Shown: piece after piece, positions 47,654 to 57,857 of the stretch
How positions within the stretch are numbered: the stretch's first letter is position 1
Layout: each line of letters begins with the position of its first letter
DNA from: Candidatus Latescibacterota bacterium
Lineage (GTDB): Bacteria > Latescibacterota > UBA2968 > GCA-2709665
Length of the DNA stretch: 64,000 nucleotides
Direction: 5' to 3'
Assembly: GCA_965208835.1 (NCBI GenBank)
Contig: OZ242358.1
Coordinates: 1,696,001 to 1,760,000, forward strand
The notes under the pieces: model-generated
Seen by the model: only the letters and a program-made list of their open reading frames with translations
The model's database searches: none
Told to the model about the DNA's origin: nothing
Translations under genes and position numbers: made by a program

Positions 47654-47929
47654 TCTATCGACCGTGATGGCGTCAGTGCGGGACGTTTTATCTCGACAAA
47701 GTTCTGCCAATGAAGGTTAATAATGATGTTGAATATATAAAATATATGGTATTTTACGTATATAGTTACTTGTTAATTCAGAATAAGCGTCTATTGGGTG
47801 AATCGACGCCGTTGGTGTCGAGCTGGATGTCCAGCTGCCAGGCTCTTGACCGTGATGTCTCTCTGGATGCGCCCCATCGCGTTTTGTCTCCTGTAGAGGG
47901 GGTGTTGCGCCCGGGCCGGATCGCGTTTC

Positions 47930-48430
47930 TCAGTCCTTGAACGTCAGGGAGATGCCGGCCTTGGCGCCGTATTTGTTCTCCGTTCCCTCCGCTACGCCCC
48001 GGTCAAGGGTGGCTTCCGCGAAAAATCGAAAAGGCCCCAGCATCTTCAGATTCATCCCCGCCACGGCGGTCAGAAGCACCTTGCTGGCCGACCCGTCGAT
48101 GAGTTCCGCATCCGATTCTTCCTTGGTGTAGATCAGCCCGCTACCGGCCCCGCCGTAGATCCGGAGGTTATCCCCCAGGCTGACTTTGTAGAGTCCGCGG
48201 ATGGAAACGGGCACGGTAATCGCGCCGTCTTTCTTGTAATACTCCCCGGCCAGCATTACCCCCGCGGGTTTGCTGCCGAACGGAAGGATGATGGATCCGT
48301 GCCAGCCGGGTTCCTTGTCTTCGACATAGAGTCCGCCCCCGGCGCGCAAGGCGATCTGGGCGTGCGTCTCGGCTGTGGCCGCACCCAGCAGGCAGAACAC
48401 GGTTACTGCCGGGGCGAGGTATCTGATCAT
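47930..48430 (-). CDS. Small outer-membrane beta-barrel protein
   Basis: Signal peptide ending AHA/THA, amphipathic beta strands, IYGGAGSG, near-terminal GISLTF. Confidence 0.7.
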   Translation of the reverse strand: MIRYLAPAVTVFCLLGAATAETHAQIALRAGGGLYVEDKEPGWHGSIILPFGSKPAGVMLAGEYYKKDGAITVPVSIRGLYKVSLGDNLRIYGGAGSGLIYTKEESDAELIDGSASKVLLTAVAGMNLKMLGPFRFFAEATLDRGVAEGTENKYGAKAGISLTFKD

Positions 48431-48479
48431 AATTGCGTTCTCCTCTTGATTTAGACACGTGACGCCCGGGGCACCGTCC

Positions 48480-48842
48480 TCAATGTTGATACGCGATTCC
48501 CAGGCGGCCGGCCGCAGCCCGCAGGTTTCCCTCCGATGTCCACAACAGAAGGTCGGACAACCGGGCGGATGCCATCAGATGCGCGTCGATCAGGCCGACC
48601 CCCGCGGCGGAGAGCCGGTGGTGTTCGATGAAATGCAGGACTTCGCGCTCGCTGGCAGCGGATGCCTGCGGAAGCGTCTGAAGCAACGTCAGAAACTCGG
48701 TCCTGTTGGCCAACCTGCCGCACGCAAGTTCACCGACGATCAGCGGATGGCACGCGACCCTCCCTTCTCGCAGGAGCGCCTTCAGTCGTCCATTTCCTGT
48801 ACGAAGGAAAGAGACCCAGATTGACGTATCGACGAGGACCAT
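48480..48842 (-). CDS. vapC: VapC PIN-domain toxin
   Basis: MVLVDTSIW, IVGELACG, IDAHLMASA, LWT. Confidence 0.92.
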   Translation of the reverse strand: MVLVDTSIWVSFLRTGNGRLKALLREGRVACHPLIVGELACGRLANRTEFLTLLQTLPQASAASEREVLHFIEHHRLSAAGVGLIDAHLMASARLSDLLLWTSEGNLRAAAGRLGIAYQH

Positions 48843-48844
48843 GG

Positions 48845-49042
48845 CTACGGGATGTCCGTACATCGGCGCGGGACCGGCAACAGGTTTGTTTCCGTGCCTT
48901 CGAGCTCCGCCAGCCGCTTGCTGCTCTCGCGGGCGATCAGGGTTTCCAGACCGAGCCTGACTAGGGCTGTTTTCTGTTTGATACCGGTTAACGTGGATGC
49001 CCGCTTCAACAGGGCATCGTCTATATTCAGCGTCGTTCTCAT
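48845..49042 (-). CDS. vapB: VapB family antitoxin
   Basis: MRTTLNIDDALL..A..LTGI..KT.LV..GL. Confidence 0.92.
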   Translation of the reverse strand: MRTTLNIDDALLKRASTLTGIKQKTALVRLGLETLIARESSKRLAELEGTETNLLPVPRRCTDIP

Positions 49043-49049
49043 ATGCTAA

Positions 49050-49078
49050 AATATGCATAAATTATACATATAAGTCAA
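49050..49078 (-). promoter_or_regulatory. vapBC promoter with overlapping near-palindromic operator
   Basis: Minus strand TTGACT-17 nt-CATATT, 7 nt before the ATG; TATGCATAA-A-TTATACATA inverted repeat. Confidence 0.6.
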
Positions 49079-49175
49079 TGGTAATCAGATGTCTGGAATC
49101 ATCGCACGGCGGGAACGTTACCGGAGCGGACACTTTGATGAAACTTGCTTGAGAGACAGGCCGGCGGTATGTTAG

Positions 49176-49310
49176 GTAGGGGCGACCGGCCGGTCGCCCA
49201 AAGGCGGTGAGAAGGTAGAGGGAAGCCGGTAGAAGAAATGCGGGTAGACGGTAGAGGTGAGACGGTAGAAAAAAGGCGGGTAGAGGTAAGAGGGTAGACG
49301 GTAGAAGAAA
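49176..49310 (+). repeat. GTAG REP followed by a purine-rich (C/G)GGTAGA repeat tract
   Basis: GTAGGGGCGACCGGCCGGTCGCCC, then about 8 GGTAGA units. Confidence 0.75.
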
Positions 49311-49550
49311 CCCTTGTCCGGTATATTCTTCCTCTTTGCCTTTGGCACGAGAAGAATCCTCACAAGGCAGGCAATCTCTCCCGTCTTCCTTAGCTAAATA
49401 GCACGCGAAACCGTCTTTCCTCCCTCTCTCCCGCGGGAGAGAGGGCCTGGAAGAGAGGTCTGGGCGGATGCGAGAGGAGGGTTTTGATCCTGGTTTTCGT
49501 TTCTTGGCTGACATCCGACCGATGATAGGTGAAAGCTGATTTGCTGACCA

Positions 49551-49988
49551 ATGGCTGAAAAATTCAAACTGATTCCTGAAGCCCACGTCTTCCTGATGAA
49601 GGGCAGCGACGAAGTGTTGCTGCTGAGGCGTTTCAATACGGGGTTTGAAGACGGGAAGTACAGCGTGATTGCCGGGCATATCGACGGAAACGAAGAGGTC
49701 AGGGCTGCGGCGATCAGGGAGGCGCGTGAGGAGGCGGGAATCGAGATCAGGCCAGCGGACATCGAGGTGGTCGGCGTGATGCACCGAAGGAGCGAGGACG
49801 AACGGGTGGGGTTCTTCCTTGCGGCCACGACCTGGATTGGAGACGTCGTGAACGCCGAGCCGCACCGGTGCGACGACCTGTCGTGGCATTCCATCCACGA
49901 TCTCCCTGACAATATGGTGCCATACGTCAGGCGCGCGCTCGAAAACTATCTGAACGGCAGGTTCTACGACAGCTTTGGTTGGGAATGA
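49551..49988 (+). CDS. NUDIX hydrolase
   Basis: AGHIDGNE....AAIREAREEAG Nudix box. Confidence 0.93.
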   Translation: MAEKFKLIPEAHVFLMKGSDEVLLLRRFNTGFEDGKYSVIAGHIDGNEEVRAAAIREAREEAGIEIRPADIEVVGVMHRRSEDERVGFFLAATTWIGDVVNAEPHRCDDLSWHSIHDLPDNMVPYVRRALENYLNGRFYDSFGWE

Positions 49989-50127
49989 CCATCCGGAGTG
50001 GAGGTCGAAAGAATGTCTCCGGTTTCGGCCTCACGCGCGTTTTGAACCTGTCGGACTCGGATGCGGTATTCAGGGTCACGAAATCTCCGCACCCTGCATT
50101 ACGGCGCAGGAGAGGAGGCCAATATCC

Positions 50128-50577
50128 ATGGACGACAGGACAATCGATCTCACGGTCTCGATTCCCCCTCAATTCAGAGTCCTTCTGGTCACCCTTGGCG
50201 TTATCCACGTGCTTGGCGGCGCTCTTTTCCTGAGCAGCGGGAACGGATTTTTCGGAGTCCTGAATCTGGTCCTCGGTCCCTCGTGGCTATCGTGGGGTCT
50301 GTTTTACGAACGAATCAACAGGCACACCATCGCGATCGATGACGGGCAAATCGAAATCGTCCGAGGCCTTTTCCGCCGGCGCAGAATCCCCTGGACAACG
50401 ATTTCGGAAATCCGCTTTGAGTCGTGGAGGATGGATATTCAGGTCACCCGAGGAAAGCCCGCCACGGTGAATTTCCGGGAAATAAGCTCTGGTGCGAGCC
50501 GGTTGATCAGAGACGAATTGGTCTCGAAACTCACGCCCCTTGCCGAGACCAACGGGGTGTCGATGGAGAGCGTTTAG
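50128..50577 (+). CDS. Hypothetical membrane protein (2 TM plus PH-like domain)
   Basis: GAGGAGG SD; two TM helices followed by RRRIPW..I.EI. Confidence 0.65.
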   Translation: MDDRTIDLTVSIPPQFRVLLVTLGVIHVLGGALFLSSGNGFFGVLNLVLGPSWLSWGLFYERINRHTIAIDDGQIEIVRGLFRRRRIPWTTISEIRFESWRMDIQVTRGKPATVNFREISSGASRLIRDELVSKLTPLAETNGVSMESV

Positions 50578-50698
50578 TGACCCCGGCCGCCTTGTTCGAC
50601 CGTCGTTCGGGTCGGTTTTCAAATCAGCGGCGTCAATTGGGGAACGGAAATACGGATCACGACGACGGACGGGAAAGATGCCAAGTCGAGGATAGAAT

Positions 50699-51433
50699 AT
50701 GGGTGATGCGACGCACGAAGGATTCAGCTATTTCGCGGAAATCGCGGAATCGTACGATCGGGTCCAATCGGTCCTGAGCCCTCCCTATGCGAAGGGGCTC
50801 GAGATGATCGTCGAGCTGGTCCCGTTCGATCCGGACGAACCGTTCGATTTCGTGGATCTGGGCTGCGGCACGGCAGAGTCCACGGCGCGGGTTTTGGAGC
50901 GATTTGGCCGGGCTAGCGGCACGTGCATAGACAGCGAACCGGAGATGCTCCGGATTGCGAAACGAAAACTGACGCATTATCCCGGGAGAGTCGAGGTAAG
51001 AGAAGGAGACCTCACCGATTGCGCAATTCCGGCCTGCGACCTGGTTTTCTCAGCGAAGACCCTTCACCACGTGCACCCCGACCGTTTGTCGTCGCTCATT
51101 GCGCGAATCGCGGCCGCGCTGCGTCCCGGCGGCTGTTTCATTCTGTACGATACGATGTCGGTCGGGCCCGGCTGGTCGGACGAGGTCCGGCGGCAGGCGG
51201 CGCGCTTCCGCGAGCGTCACGTTCAGCGGGCGATCGATTCGGGAAGGGTGACGCGGGAGGAAATCGACGCCAGGCGGGATTATAAACGAATGATGAAGGC
51301 AGCCGGGAAGGACGTTGAGTACGAGCACCGCGCGGAAGACCTCATCAGCGCGATGACGGGGGCGGGGTTCAAGGAGGCCGCCGTCGTCTGGCGTCTGTTC
51401 GCCGACACGATACTGCTGGCGTTTGTGACGTAG
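50699..51433 (+). CDS. Class I SAM-dependent methyltransferase
   Basis: VDLGCGTA, DSEPEML, LRPGGCF. Confidence 0.9.
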   Translation: MGDATHEGFSYFAEIAESYDRVQSVLSPPYAKGLEMIVELVPFDPDEPFDFVDLGCGTAESTARVLERFGRASGTCIDSEPEMLRIAKRKLTHYPGRVEVREGDLTDCAIPACDLVFSAKTLHHVHPDRLSSLIARIAAALRPGGCFILYDTMSVGPGWSDEVRRQAARFRERHVQRAIDSGRVTREEIDARRDYKRMMKAAGKDVEYEHRAEDLISAMTGAGFKEAAVVWRLFADTILLAFVT

Positions 51434-52297
51434 CTATTGCTGTCCGGCGCTGACCACGGGTTGCGTCGACTCGTGCGAGCAGAGGACGACGAGCAGGTTG
51501 CTGACCATGTTCGCCCTCTGTTCTTCATTCAGTTTGATCACGTCGTCGTCCATCAATCGCTTCAGGGCCATCTCCACCATCCCGACGGCGCCGTCGACAA
51601 TCTTCGCCCGTGCAGAAATCACCGCCTCCGCCTGCTGGCGCTGCAGCATGGCGTTGGCGATTTCCGGCGCGTAGGCGAGGTGGTTGATCCGGGCTTCCTC
51701 GATGCTGACTCCCGCGTCCTGAACGCGTTGCTGGATCTCCTTTCCGAGGGATTCAGACACCTCCGTGATCGAGGATCGCAGGCTGATTTCTTCGCCTTCA
51801 GACTGATCATAGGGGTAGCTGGTCGCGAGGTGTCTGATCGCCGATTCCGATTGGACCCTTACGTAATGTTCGTAGTCGTCCACGTCGAACAGTGCCTGCG
51901 CGGCAACCTCCACTTTCCAGACGATAACGGCGGAAATCTCAATGGGATTGCCCCTGCTGTCGTTCACCTTCAGCCGTTCGCTGTCGAAGTTCCTGACGCG
52001 CAGCGACACCTTTTTCCGGCTCTTGAACGGGTTGGTCCATCGAAACCCCTGGGTCGTTTCCGTACCCTTATAGTCGCCGAACAGCAGCATAACGACGCAC
52101 TGATTCGGTTCCACCGCGAACAGGCCCGTCAACAGGACGATCACGATCAGCAGAAGCACGATCGACGGAATAACGAAAACCGCAGCGCCAACCGCAACAC
52201 CGTGTATGAACCCGGCCACGCTCACAGCCAGAAGCAGAAGCGATACAACCAGCATCAACCAGCCGCTGGACTGAGGGGCGATCTTTTCTTCCGTCAT
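51434..52297 (-). CDS. SPFH (band 7) domain membrane protein
   Basis: [45 protein letters not shown]. Confidence 0.92.
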   Translation of the reverse strand: MTEEKIAPQSSGWLMLVVSLLLLAVSVAGFIHGVAVGAAVFVIPSIVLLLIVIVLLTGLFAVEPNQCVVMLLFGDYKGTETTQGFRWTNPFKSRKKVSLRVRNFDSERLKVNDSRGNPIEISAVIVWKVEVAAQALFDVDDYEHYVRVQSESAIRHLATSYPYDQSEGEEISLRSSITEVSESLGKEIQQRVQDAGVSIEEARINHLAYAPEIANAMLQRQQAEAVISARAKIVDGAVGMVEMALKRLMDDDVIKLNEEQRANMVSNLLVVLCSHESTQPVVSAGQQ

Positions 52298-52490
52298 GGG
52301 AGACCTCCGTAATGATGTGATTGGATATCGTCCAACTCCGAATCGGATAATTCGCGTTCCGGCGAGGAATGAGTCCACTGGTGCCGGAAGCTTTATCGCA
52401 TATTAAACGGTACGACGCGAAACCGGGGCATTTTGTTTCGGCGGTATCGTGGACACGGCCGGCGGTCGGACGTGGAGGAGGGGAATCACG

Positions 52491-53717
52491 ATGTCTGAAA
52501 TCGTCACGCTTGTCGATCGGATCGAAGAGGTCCCAGTCGTCGCGACGGGCTTACGATGGCCGGCGATGCGCGAGGGCAGGGCGTCGGACGACTATTTCAC
52601 GCGTTTTCCCGAATGCAGGAACGACTCGCTGCGGAACGACTACGGGAGCGTGCGCGCCTTCCCGAGACCATTCGCGAGGGGAGGCGGGTTCTTTCCGGTA
52701 CTTCTGAAGATGGCCGACGGGACACTCTGCTGCGCGACGCGGACCGGTTCGTGTCACGCTGGAAGCGGGGGCGAAATCAGCTTGTCGTTTTCATCTGATC
52801 GAGGGATTAAGTGGACGGACTATCGCGCGGCGGTGCGGGGAGACCCGGATCGGAATATCGACGTGCGGAACCCGGCGCTTGGCCAGGCGGGGAATGGCGA
52901 CCTCGTACTCGCATACGGCGTGATGTGCGGGATCGACGTCCGGGGACGCATCTCGACGCCCGATCCCTATGAATCGATCCAGGTGATCCGTTCGGCCGAT
53001 GGCGGGGTGACCTGGACGAATCCCGACAAGATCCCGTTCCCCGAAGTGGACCTCATGCTCCACCCTCACGGACAGATGCGATGCCTTTCTGACGGATCGC
53101 TGGCATTCAACGCGCGGGGCTTTTATTCGAAAGAGGCGTATGGCCGGGACCCGAAGCTGCCCGTGAGGATGAGCTACATTTACCGGTCGCGTGACGGAGG
53201 AAAGACCTGGTCGGACAAAACACTCGTCAAATCAGGAGGGAGCGAGACAGGTTTCCTGGCCCTGAGTGAAGATCACTGGCTCGCGTACGTCCGTTTCAAC
53301 GACGGACCGAACCGGATCGCCCGTTCGTATGACGGCGGGCGGTCCTGGTCGGGGTGGGAGCCGGCTGAACCGGAATCCGGGAGACACGACGACGGGACGA
53401 AAGGCAACTCAAGGGCCGCTTCGCCGGGCAGTATCGCGGAACTGCCGAATGGAAACGTACTGATCACGTACGGGTACCGAGCGTATCCCTTCGGCGTGCG
53501 CGCCATTGTAAGCCGCGATGGTGGAAACACCTTCGACGCGAATCGGGAGTATATCATCAGCGATACGGCCTACCATCCGGATTGCGGGTATCCGAGTACC
53601 GTGTGCTTCGAGAACGGTACAATCGTGACGGCCGCATATTCGCTGATGGACGTCGCGAATCCGGAGTGGGGCACGTGCTGTCTTGCGTACCGTTATTCGC
53701 AGCAGAACTTCGATTGA
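52491..53717 (+). CDS. BNR/Asp-box sialidase-like beta-propeller protein
   Basis: Five Asp boxes SSDRGIKW, SADGGVTW, SRDGGKTW, SYDGGRSW, SRDGGNTF; DCGYPS. Confidence 0.85.
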   Translation: MSEIVTLVDRIEEVPVVATGLRWPAMREGRASDDYFTRFPECRNDSLRNDYGSVRAFPRPFARGGGFFPVLLKMADGTLCCATRTGSCHAGSGGEISLSFSSDRGIKWTDYRAAVRGDPDRNIDVRNPALGQAGNGDLVLAYGVMCGIDVRGRISTPDPYESIQVIRSADGGVTWTNPDKIPFPEVDLMLHPHGQMRCLSDGSLAFNARGFYSKEAYGRDPKLPVRMSYIYRSRDGGKTWSDKTLVKSGGSETGFLALSEDHWLAYVRFNDGPNRIARSYDGGRSWSGWEPAEPESGRHDDGTKGNSRAASPGSIAELPNGNVLITYGYRAYPFGVRAIVSRDGGNTFDANREYIISDTAYHPDCGYPSTVCFENGTIVTAAYSLMDVANPEWGTCCLAYRYSQQNFD

Positions 53718-53790
53718 GGCGGCCGCGCGTCAGCGCAGAGGTCACGGCGCCGTCGATCCGTTTGTTTGAGAGTACAGGGAGTCGTATAAC

Positions 53791-54528
53791 ATGCTGATGC
53801 AGATCTCGTCTTCCGTATACTGCTGGTCCGAGATACATGGCGCAGCCAGGAATGAGCCCTATCCGTGGAACAGCTTTGTGATCCGGACCAATCACGGAGA
53901 CGACCTCGTCCTTGTCGATCCGCTCCCGCTCCCGGCTGAAGATGCGAGGGGGATCGAAGCCATGGGTAAACCTGCGCATATTCTTCTGACCTGCGAGTAC
54001 CACCTGCGCGAATCGGAAGCATTCAGGGATCGATGGGGATGCGACATTCACTTGCACGTGGACGGTTTGGATTATTCTGAGGTGACGATTGACGGGGCGT
54101 TTCTGGACGGAGACCTGCTGTGGGACCGGATCGAAGTGATCCATATTCCCGATGCCTACCATCCCGATGAGGTCGCGTTTATGGTACACGGAGAGGGAAA
54201 TACGATGATCGTGGGAGACGCGGTCTGCGGGGGCAGGAAGGATCGAGGCATACCGGACGGCGAAATCTGGATCAACGCCCCCGAGTACATCGTCGCCGAT
54301 ATGTCAAGCGCGCGAGATTCGCTGCGCAAGCTGGCCGGTCATTCATTCGAGAGAATGGTTTTCGGACATGGATCACCCATCCTGCGTGCAGCCAGCGACC
54401 GGTTCAGGGCGTTCCTGGAAGATAATGAGGCCTGGGCGAAACTGGAATCCGAAAGCGCCGAGAGAACGAACCCCGCATCGCTGGAATTCATCCGGGAAAC
54501 GGAAGCGAGAAAATCCCGTGGAGGATGA
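53791..54528 (+). CDS. MBL-fold metallo-hydrolase-like protein
   Basis: LVDPL, ILLTCEYHLRE, YHPDE, VGDA, FGHG. Confidence 0.75.
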   Translation: MLMQISSSVYCWSEIHGAARNEPYPWNSFVIRTNHGDDLVLVDPLPLPAEDARGIEAMGKPAHILLTCEYHLRESEAFRDRWGCDIHLHVDGLDYSEVTIDGAFLDGDLLWDRIEVIHIPDAYHPDEVAFMVHGEGNTMIVGDAVCGGRKDRGIPDGEIWINAPEYIVADMSSARDSLRKLAGHSFERMVFGHGSPILRAASDRFRAFLEDNEAWAKLESESAERTNPASLEFIRETEARKSRGG

Positions 54529-54591
54529 AGGCGAGGGGGCCGGGGTAGTGATACCCGGGATCGAGGGCAATTCCTCGCCGCACGGAATCTG

Positions 54592-54654
54592 CAGGGGCGA
54601 CCGGCCGGCGCGCCATCTCCAGGGTGGGTAGGGGCAACCCTTGTGGTTGCCCGG
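54592..54654 (+). repeat. Two REP-like palindromes
   Basis: CAGGGGCGACCGGCCGGCGCGCC and GTAGGGGCAACCCTTGTGGTTGCCC. Confidence 0.65.
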
Positions 54655-54733
54655 CCATCAGGGAGCGGCTAAGGTCCATTCATGTAAATTTCCTATGCAA
54701 AGATGCATAACAGGACAAAAAGGAGGATTCCCC

Positions 54734-55129
54734 GTGCCTCAGAACACCGGCTTCGGCCTGTCCGTGATCGGGCAGATTTCGGTAACCGTTCAGGACCTCG
54801 ACCGGGCGGTCGCATTTTACCGCGATAAACTTGGCATGCAGTTCCTGTTCCGCGTTCCGGGGATGGCCTTTTTCAATTGCTCGGGCGTCCGGCTTCTGCT
54901 CGGTCTGTCGGAGGATGAATCGGCGGACGTGCACGCTTCAGTGATCTATTACAAGGTCGACAACCTCGAAGGCACATGTGAGGAACTGCGTTCGCGCGGT
55001 GTCGATTTCGAGAGTGAGCCTCACAAGATTGCCGATATGCCCGACCATGAGCTGTGGATGGCGTTCTTCAGGGACTCCGAGATGAATCTGATGGCGCTGA
55101 TGGCCGAGAAGCCGAGAGAGGACCATTAG
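54734..55129 (+). CDS. VOC/glyoxalase family protein
   Basis: AGGAGG SD; IGQI...V.DLDRAVAFYRDKLG, AFFRDSEMN. Confidence 0.92.
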   Translation: MPQNTGFGLSVIGQISVTVQDLDRAVAFYRDKLGMQFLFRVPGMAFFNCSGVRLLLGLSEDESADVHASVIYYKVDNLEGTCEELRSRGVDFESEPHKIADMPDHELWMAFFRDSEMNLMALMAEKPREDH

Positions 55130-55351
55130 CCTCAATCCGAAAGAAACTGCAACGCGGCGACGCGATAAAACCCTCCGAAACGGGGCAATATCGACGTATG
55201 GAATGACGTTTTTTCCCTTCACGTCCAGTGACTTGGTGTATCCTGGTAATCCGCCGTTTAATCGCCTTTATTTACAAGCACATATTTGAATTAACGTCAC
55301 CAAAGACTTACGAATCAAGGTTAGTCGCCGCACTCCAGACGGAGCAGACCG

Positions 55352-55807
55352 GTGGATCAAATCGAAGAACTGTCGTTTTCATTTCGCTGCGTCATCGATA
55401 AGCCCGTGGCCGAGGTCTTCGATGCCGTCACGGGCAGGACGGCGATCAGCACCTACTTCACCGATGACGCCAGCGCGGGACTGGATGCCGGGCGAACGGT
55501 TAATTGGCGATTCGGCGACGTCGAGGTGGACGTCGCGGTAGAGGAGGTGATCCGCAACAGGAGAGTCGTCTGCACCTGGCCCGCCTGCAACGACGTCGGT
55601 TACAGGACGCGCTTCGTGTTCGATTTCGAAGCGCTGAACGGCGGAACGAGGATTTCGGTGAGCGAATCCGGATGGCGGCCCGACCGGGACGGGATCGACA
55701 GCGCTTTCGATCAGTGTTCGGGCTGGACGCATTTCTTCGCGAGCCTGAAGGCACGGCTTGAATACGACGTGGACCTCAAACGCTTCTACGAACATGATGA
55801 TGGCTGA
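55352..55807 (+). CDS. SRPBCC/AHSA1 domain protein
   Basis: IDKPVAEVFDAV, GGTRISVSESGW, GWTHFFASLKA.LE. Confidence 0.88.
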   Translation: MDQIEELSFSFRCVIDKPVAEVFDAVTGRTAISTYFTDDASAGLDAGRTVNWRFGDVEVDVAVEEVIRNRRVVCTWPACNDVGYRTRFVFDFEALNGGTRISVSESGWRPDRDGIDSAFDQCSGWTHFFASLKARLEYDVDLKRFYEHDDG

Positions 55808-56085
55808 TCGACCGTCGTCCGATCAGCGAAATCCGCCGATCGCTCGATGGGATTTGGCGAACACCGCGCGCCGTGCCGGGTAGACCGGTCTGCGGCGCGT
55901 TTCACGTTATGTTCGCGCCTTACAGGGAGAAGCGGACCGGGGATTCCCGGCCCGCGGGTTGCGGCGTCGTGGGTTTGTAGAACGATCGGCACGTATAGCG
56001 TAGGCGGCGCCGGTGTGACAGGCGTCAATTGCGTCGACCGGCGAGCGAATCTCGTGTATTTCAACACCGGCGGCTAAGCGCCGTC

Positions 56086-56574
56086 TCAGTCCCGTCCGGA
56101 AGGCGGATCCGCCGGACCTGAGGCTCGCCGCAGACCGCGCCAGATCGCGAGGATCAGCATGGGAATGCCGACCAGAACCAGAAACGGGACGAGCGCGTAG
56201 ATGACCACCATGTGGGGTCCGAGCAAGCCGCCCAGAAGGCTGAACAGGACCGCAAGCGGCGTTGCGATCGCCAACCCGACCAGAATCCAGACCCTGGGGG
56301 TACCGCTGACGCCCCTCAATAGGTGCTGCGCGAGCAATCCTATCAACGCGCCGGCGATAAAAAACAGAGCCAGGCCGGACAGGATGCCCGGAAGCGCAAG
56401 AAGCAACCCGAACGGGTCGGAGTGATGCATCGTGCCGAAACGAATAACGGCCACCAGCACCTGAAGAATGCACAGCCCCAGACCGAACCACACCGGTAGC
56501 TTCCAGTAGTCCCACGAGCGACGGTTTGGCGCTTCCGGTTGACCTGTAGCGGCGGTTCCGTCGGCGTGTTCCAT
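56086..56574 (-). CDS. Hypothetical 4-TM membrane protein
   Basis: GGAGG SD; four hydrophobic segments. Confidence 0.7.
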   Translation of the reverse strand: MEHADGTAATGQPEAPNRRSWDYWKLPVWFGLGLCILQVLVAVIRFGTMHHSDPFGLLLALPGILSGLALFFIAGALIGLLAQHLLRGVSGTPRVWILVGLAIATPLAVLFSLLGGLLGPHMVVIYALVPFLVLVGIPMLILAIWRGLRRASGPADPPSGRD

Positions 56575-56994
56575 GGCAGTGATCCTCCGTCGGTTTCGAT
56601 GCAACGAACGGAAGGGTTTCCGTCCGACTGAAAGAACGTCGTGCTCAGGGAGCGGCGTCCCTGGATGGCAGATGAGACATTACACTCGCTTCCCCGGAAA
56701 ATCGAAAAAGGTGTCCGGAAAGGGTCCCATCTGCGAGTGAAAAGTGGCACCATTCACTGTCACAATTGACAAAGCCGTGTCGTTCCATCAACGCCTTCAG
56801 CAATTGACGGTTGCGTTTTTTGTCGTTCGGCAATCCGGGAATCCGCCGCACGAAATGAACCTTTGGCCCCCCGGTCGCGCCTTGCAGGATAGAGGAAATG
56901 CGATTGAATGTATGTTCTGTGAAATGCCACAGAAAAAACCTCGCAGCGTGTGAAGTGACTTGACGTTTCGCCAGGATCTTTGGGAGAGAAAGCC

Positions 56995-57816
56995 ATGATA
57001 CTCGAAAACGAAACGATAGCAAATCATCCGTTTCCGCTGACAAGGCCGGATGTCACAATACTCGAGAGTTCCGAGAAGATAGACGAGATTGATTGCAAGG
57101 AGCTGCAGTGGTGGTTCGCCATTCCGAAACTGTGCGAACACTGCCTTTGGGCAGCCTATGAGTCCGAAACGTTGGCGTTAACCGCGGTCGTCGAGATTGT
57201 ATCCACTGTTCCTGCGACGATCCGGGACATCGACTGCGTCGAACTCCGATTGAGAGAATGGTCGGCTCGTGACCATTGGCCGATGGACTTTAACCCTGGT
57301 CTCATGTACGCACTGCTGGACGAACAGCAGGCGAGGTGGCTTTCCGTCGTCAAGACCCGAGATGGAAGACGCGTCTTTGAAACCGTGGGGGACAAATGGT
57401 TTGAGGAGAACTGGGGGGGAACGATGAGGCGCCGAATTGTAGATGATCGTCGCTACCGACGCCAACCCGATGGCTCGTATAAGACTGGCAACGGTACAGG
57501 GATAGGTGCAGGGACCTACGATGTAACGATCGGCGGAAATTCTTTTTGTTGTCTCCGTGTATTGGAAGCCGACCTTGCCGAACCGAACGGCGGCGAACTT
57601 GTGGAGGCATTCATTGAGCGCGGAGGGCGGACCGTGTTCTTTAGACGGTACGATGGTCAGTTCTACCGAGACGGCGATCTGGTCAGGAAGTATCCGGACA
57701 ATCGCCGAATCGTCATCAACGACACGGTGTATGTGCATCATGACTGCAGCGGGCGGGCTCACGATACAATCACGCAATATGCTCTGCAACCTGCTCGCTC
57801 GGACGATTGCCAGTAA
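56995..57816 (+). CDS. Hypothetical protein, free-standing paralogue of the C-terminal domain of the adjacent ECF sigma factor
   Basis: Collinear motifs shared with 58413-59243: FP..RP, WWF..P, CLRV, L.EA.I...GRTV..RRY.G, P.N.RIVI...YVH. Confidence 0.85.
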   Translation: MILENETIANHPFPLTRPDVTILESSEKIDEIDCKELQWWFAIPKLCEHCLWAAYESETLALTAVVEIVSTVPATIRDIDCVELRLREWSARDHWPMDFNPGLMYALLDEQQARWLSVVKTRDGRRVFETVGDKWFEENWGGTMRRRIVDDRRYRRQPDGSYKTGNGTGIGAGTYDVTIGGNSFCCLRVLEADLAEPNGGELVEAFIERGGRTVFFRRYDGQFYRDGDLVRKYPDNRRIVINDTVYVHHDCSGRAHDTITQYALQPARSDDCQ

Positions 57817-57857
57817 CTGCGATTGAGGTGCACAGCGCACAATACAGCGGTTTTCGA

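Noticed and set aside
49202-49310. CRISPR array
   Set aside because: Units are 6-12 nt with no constant-length unique spacers, and no cas genes are present
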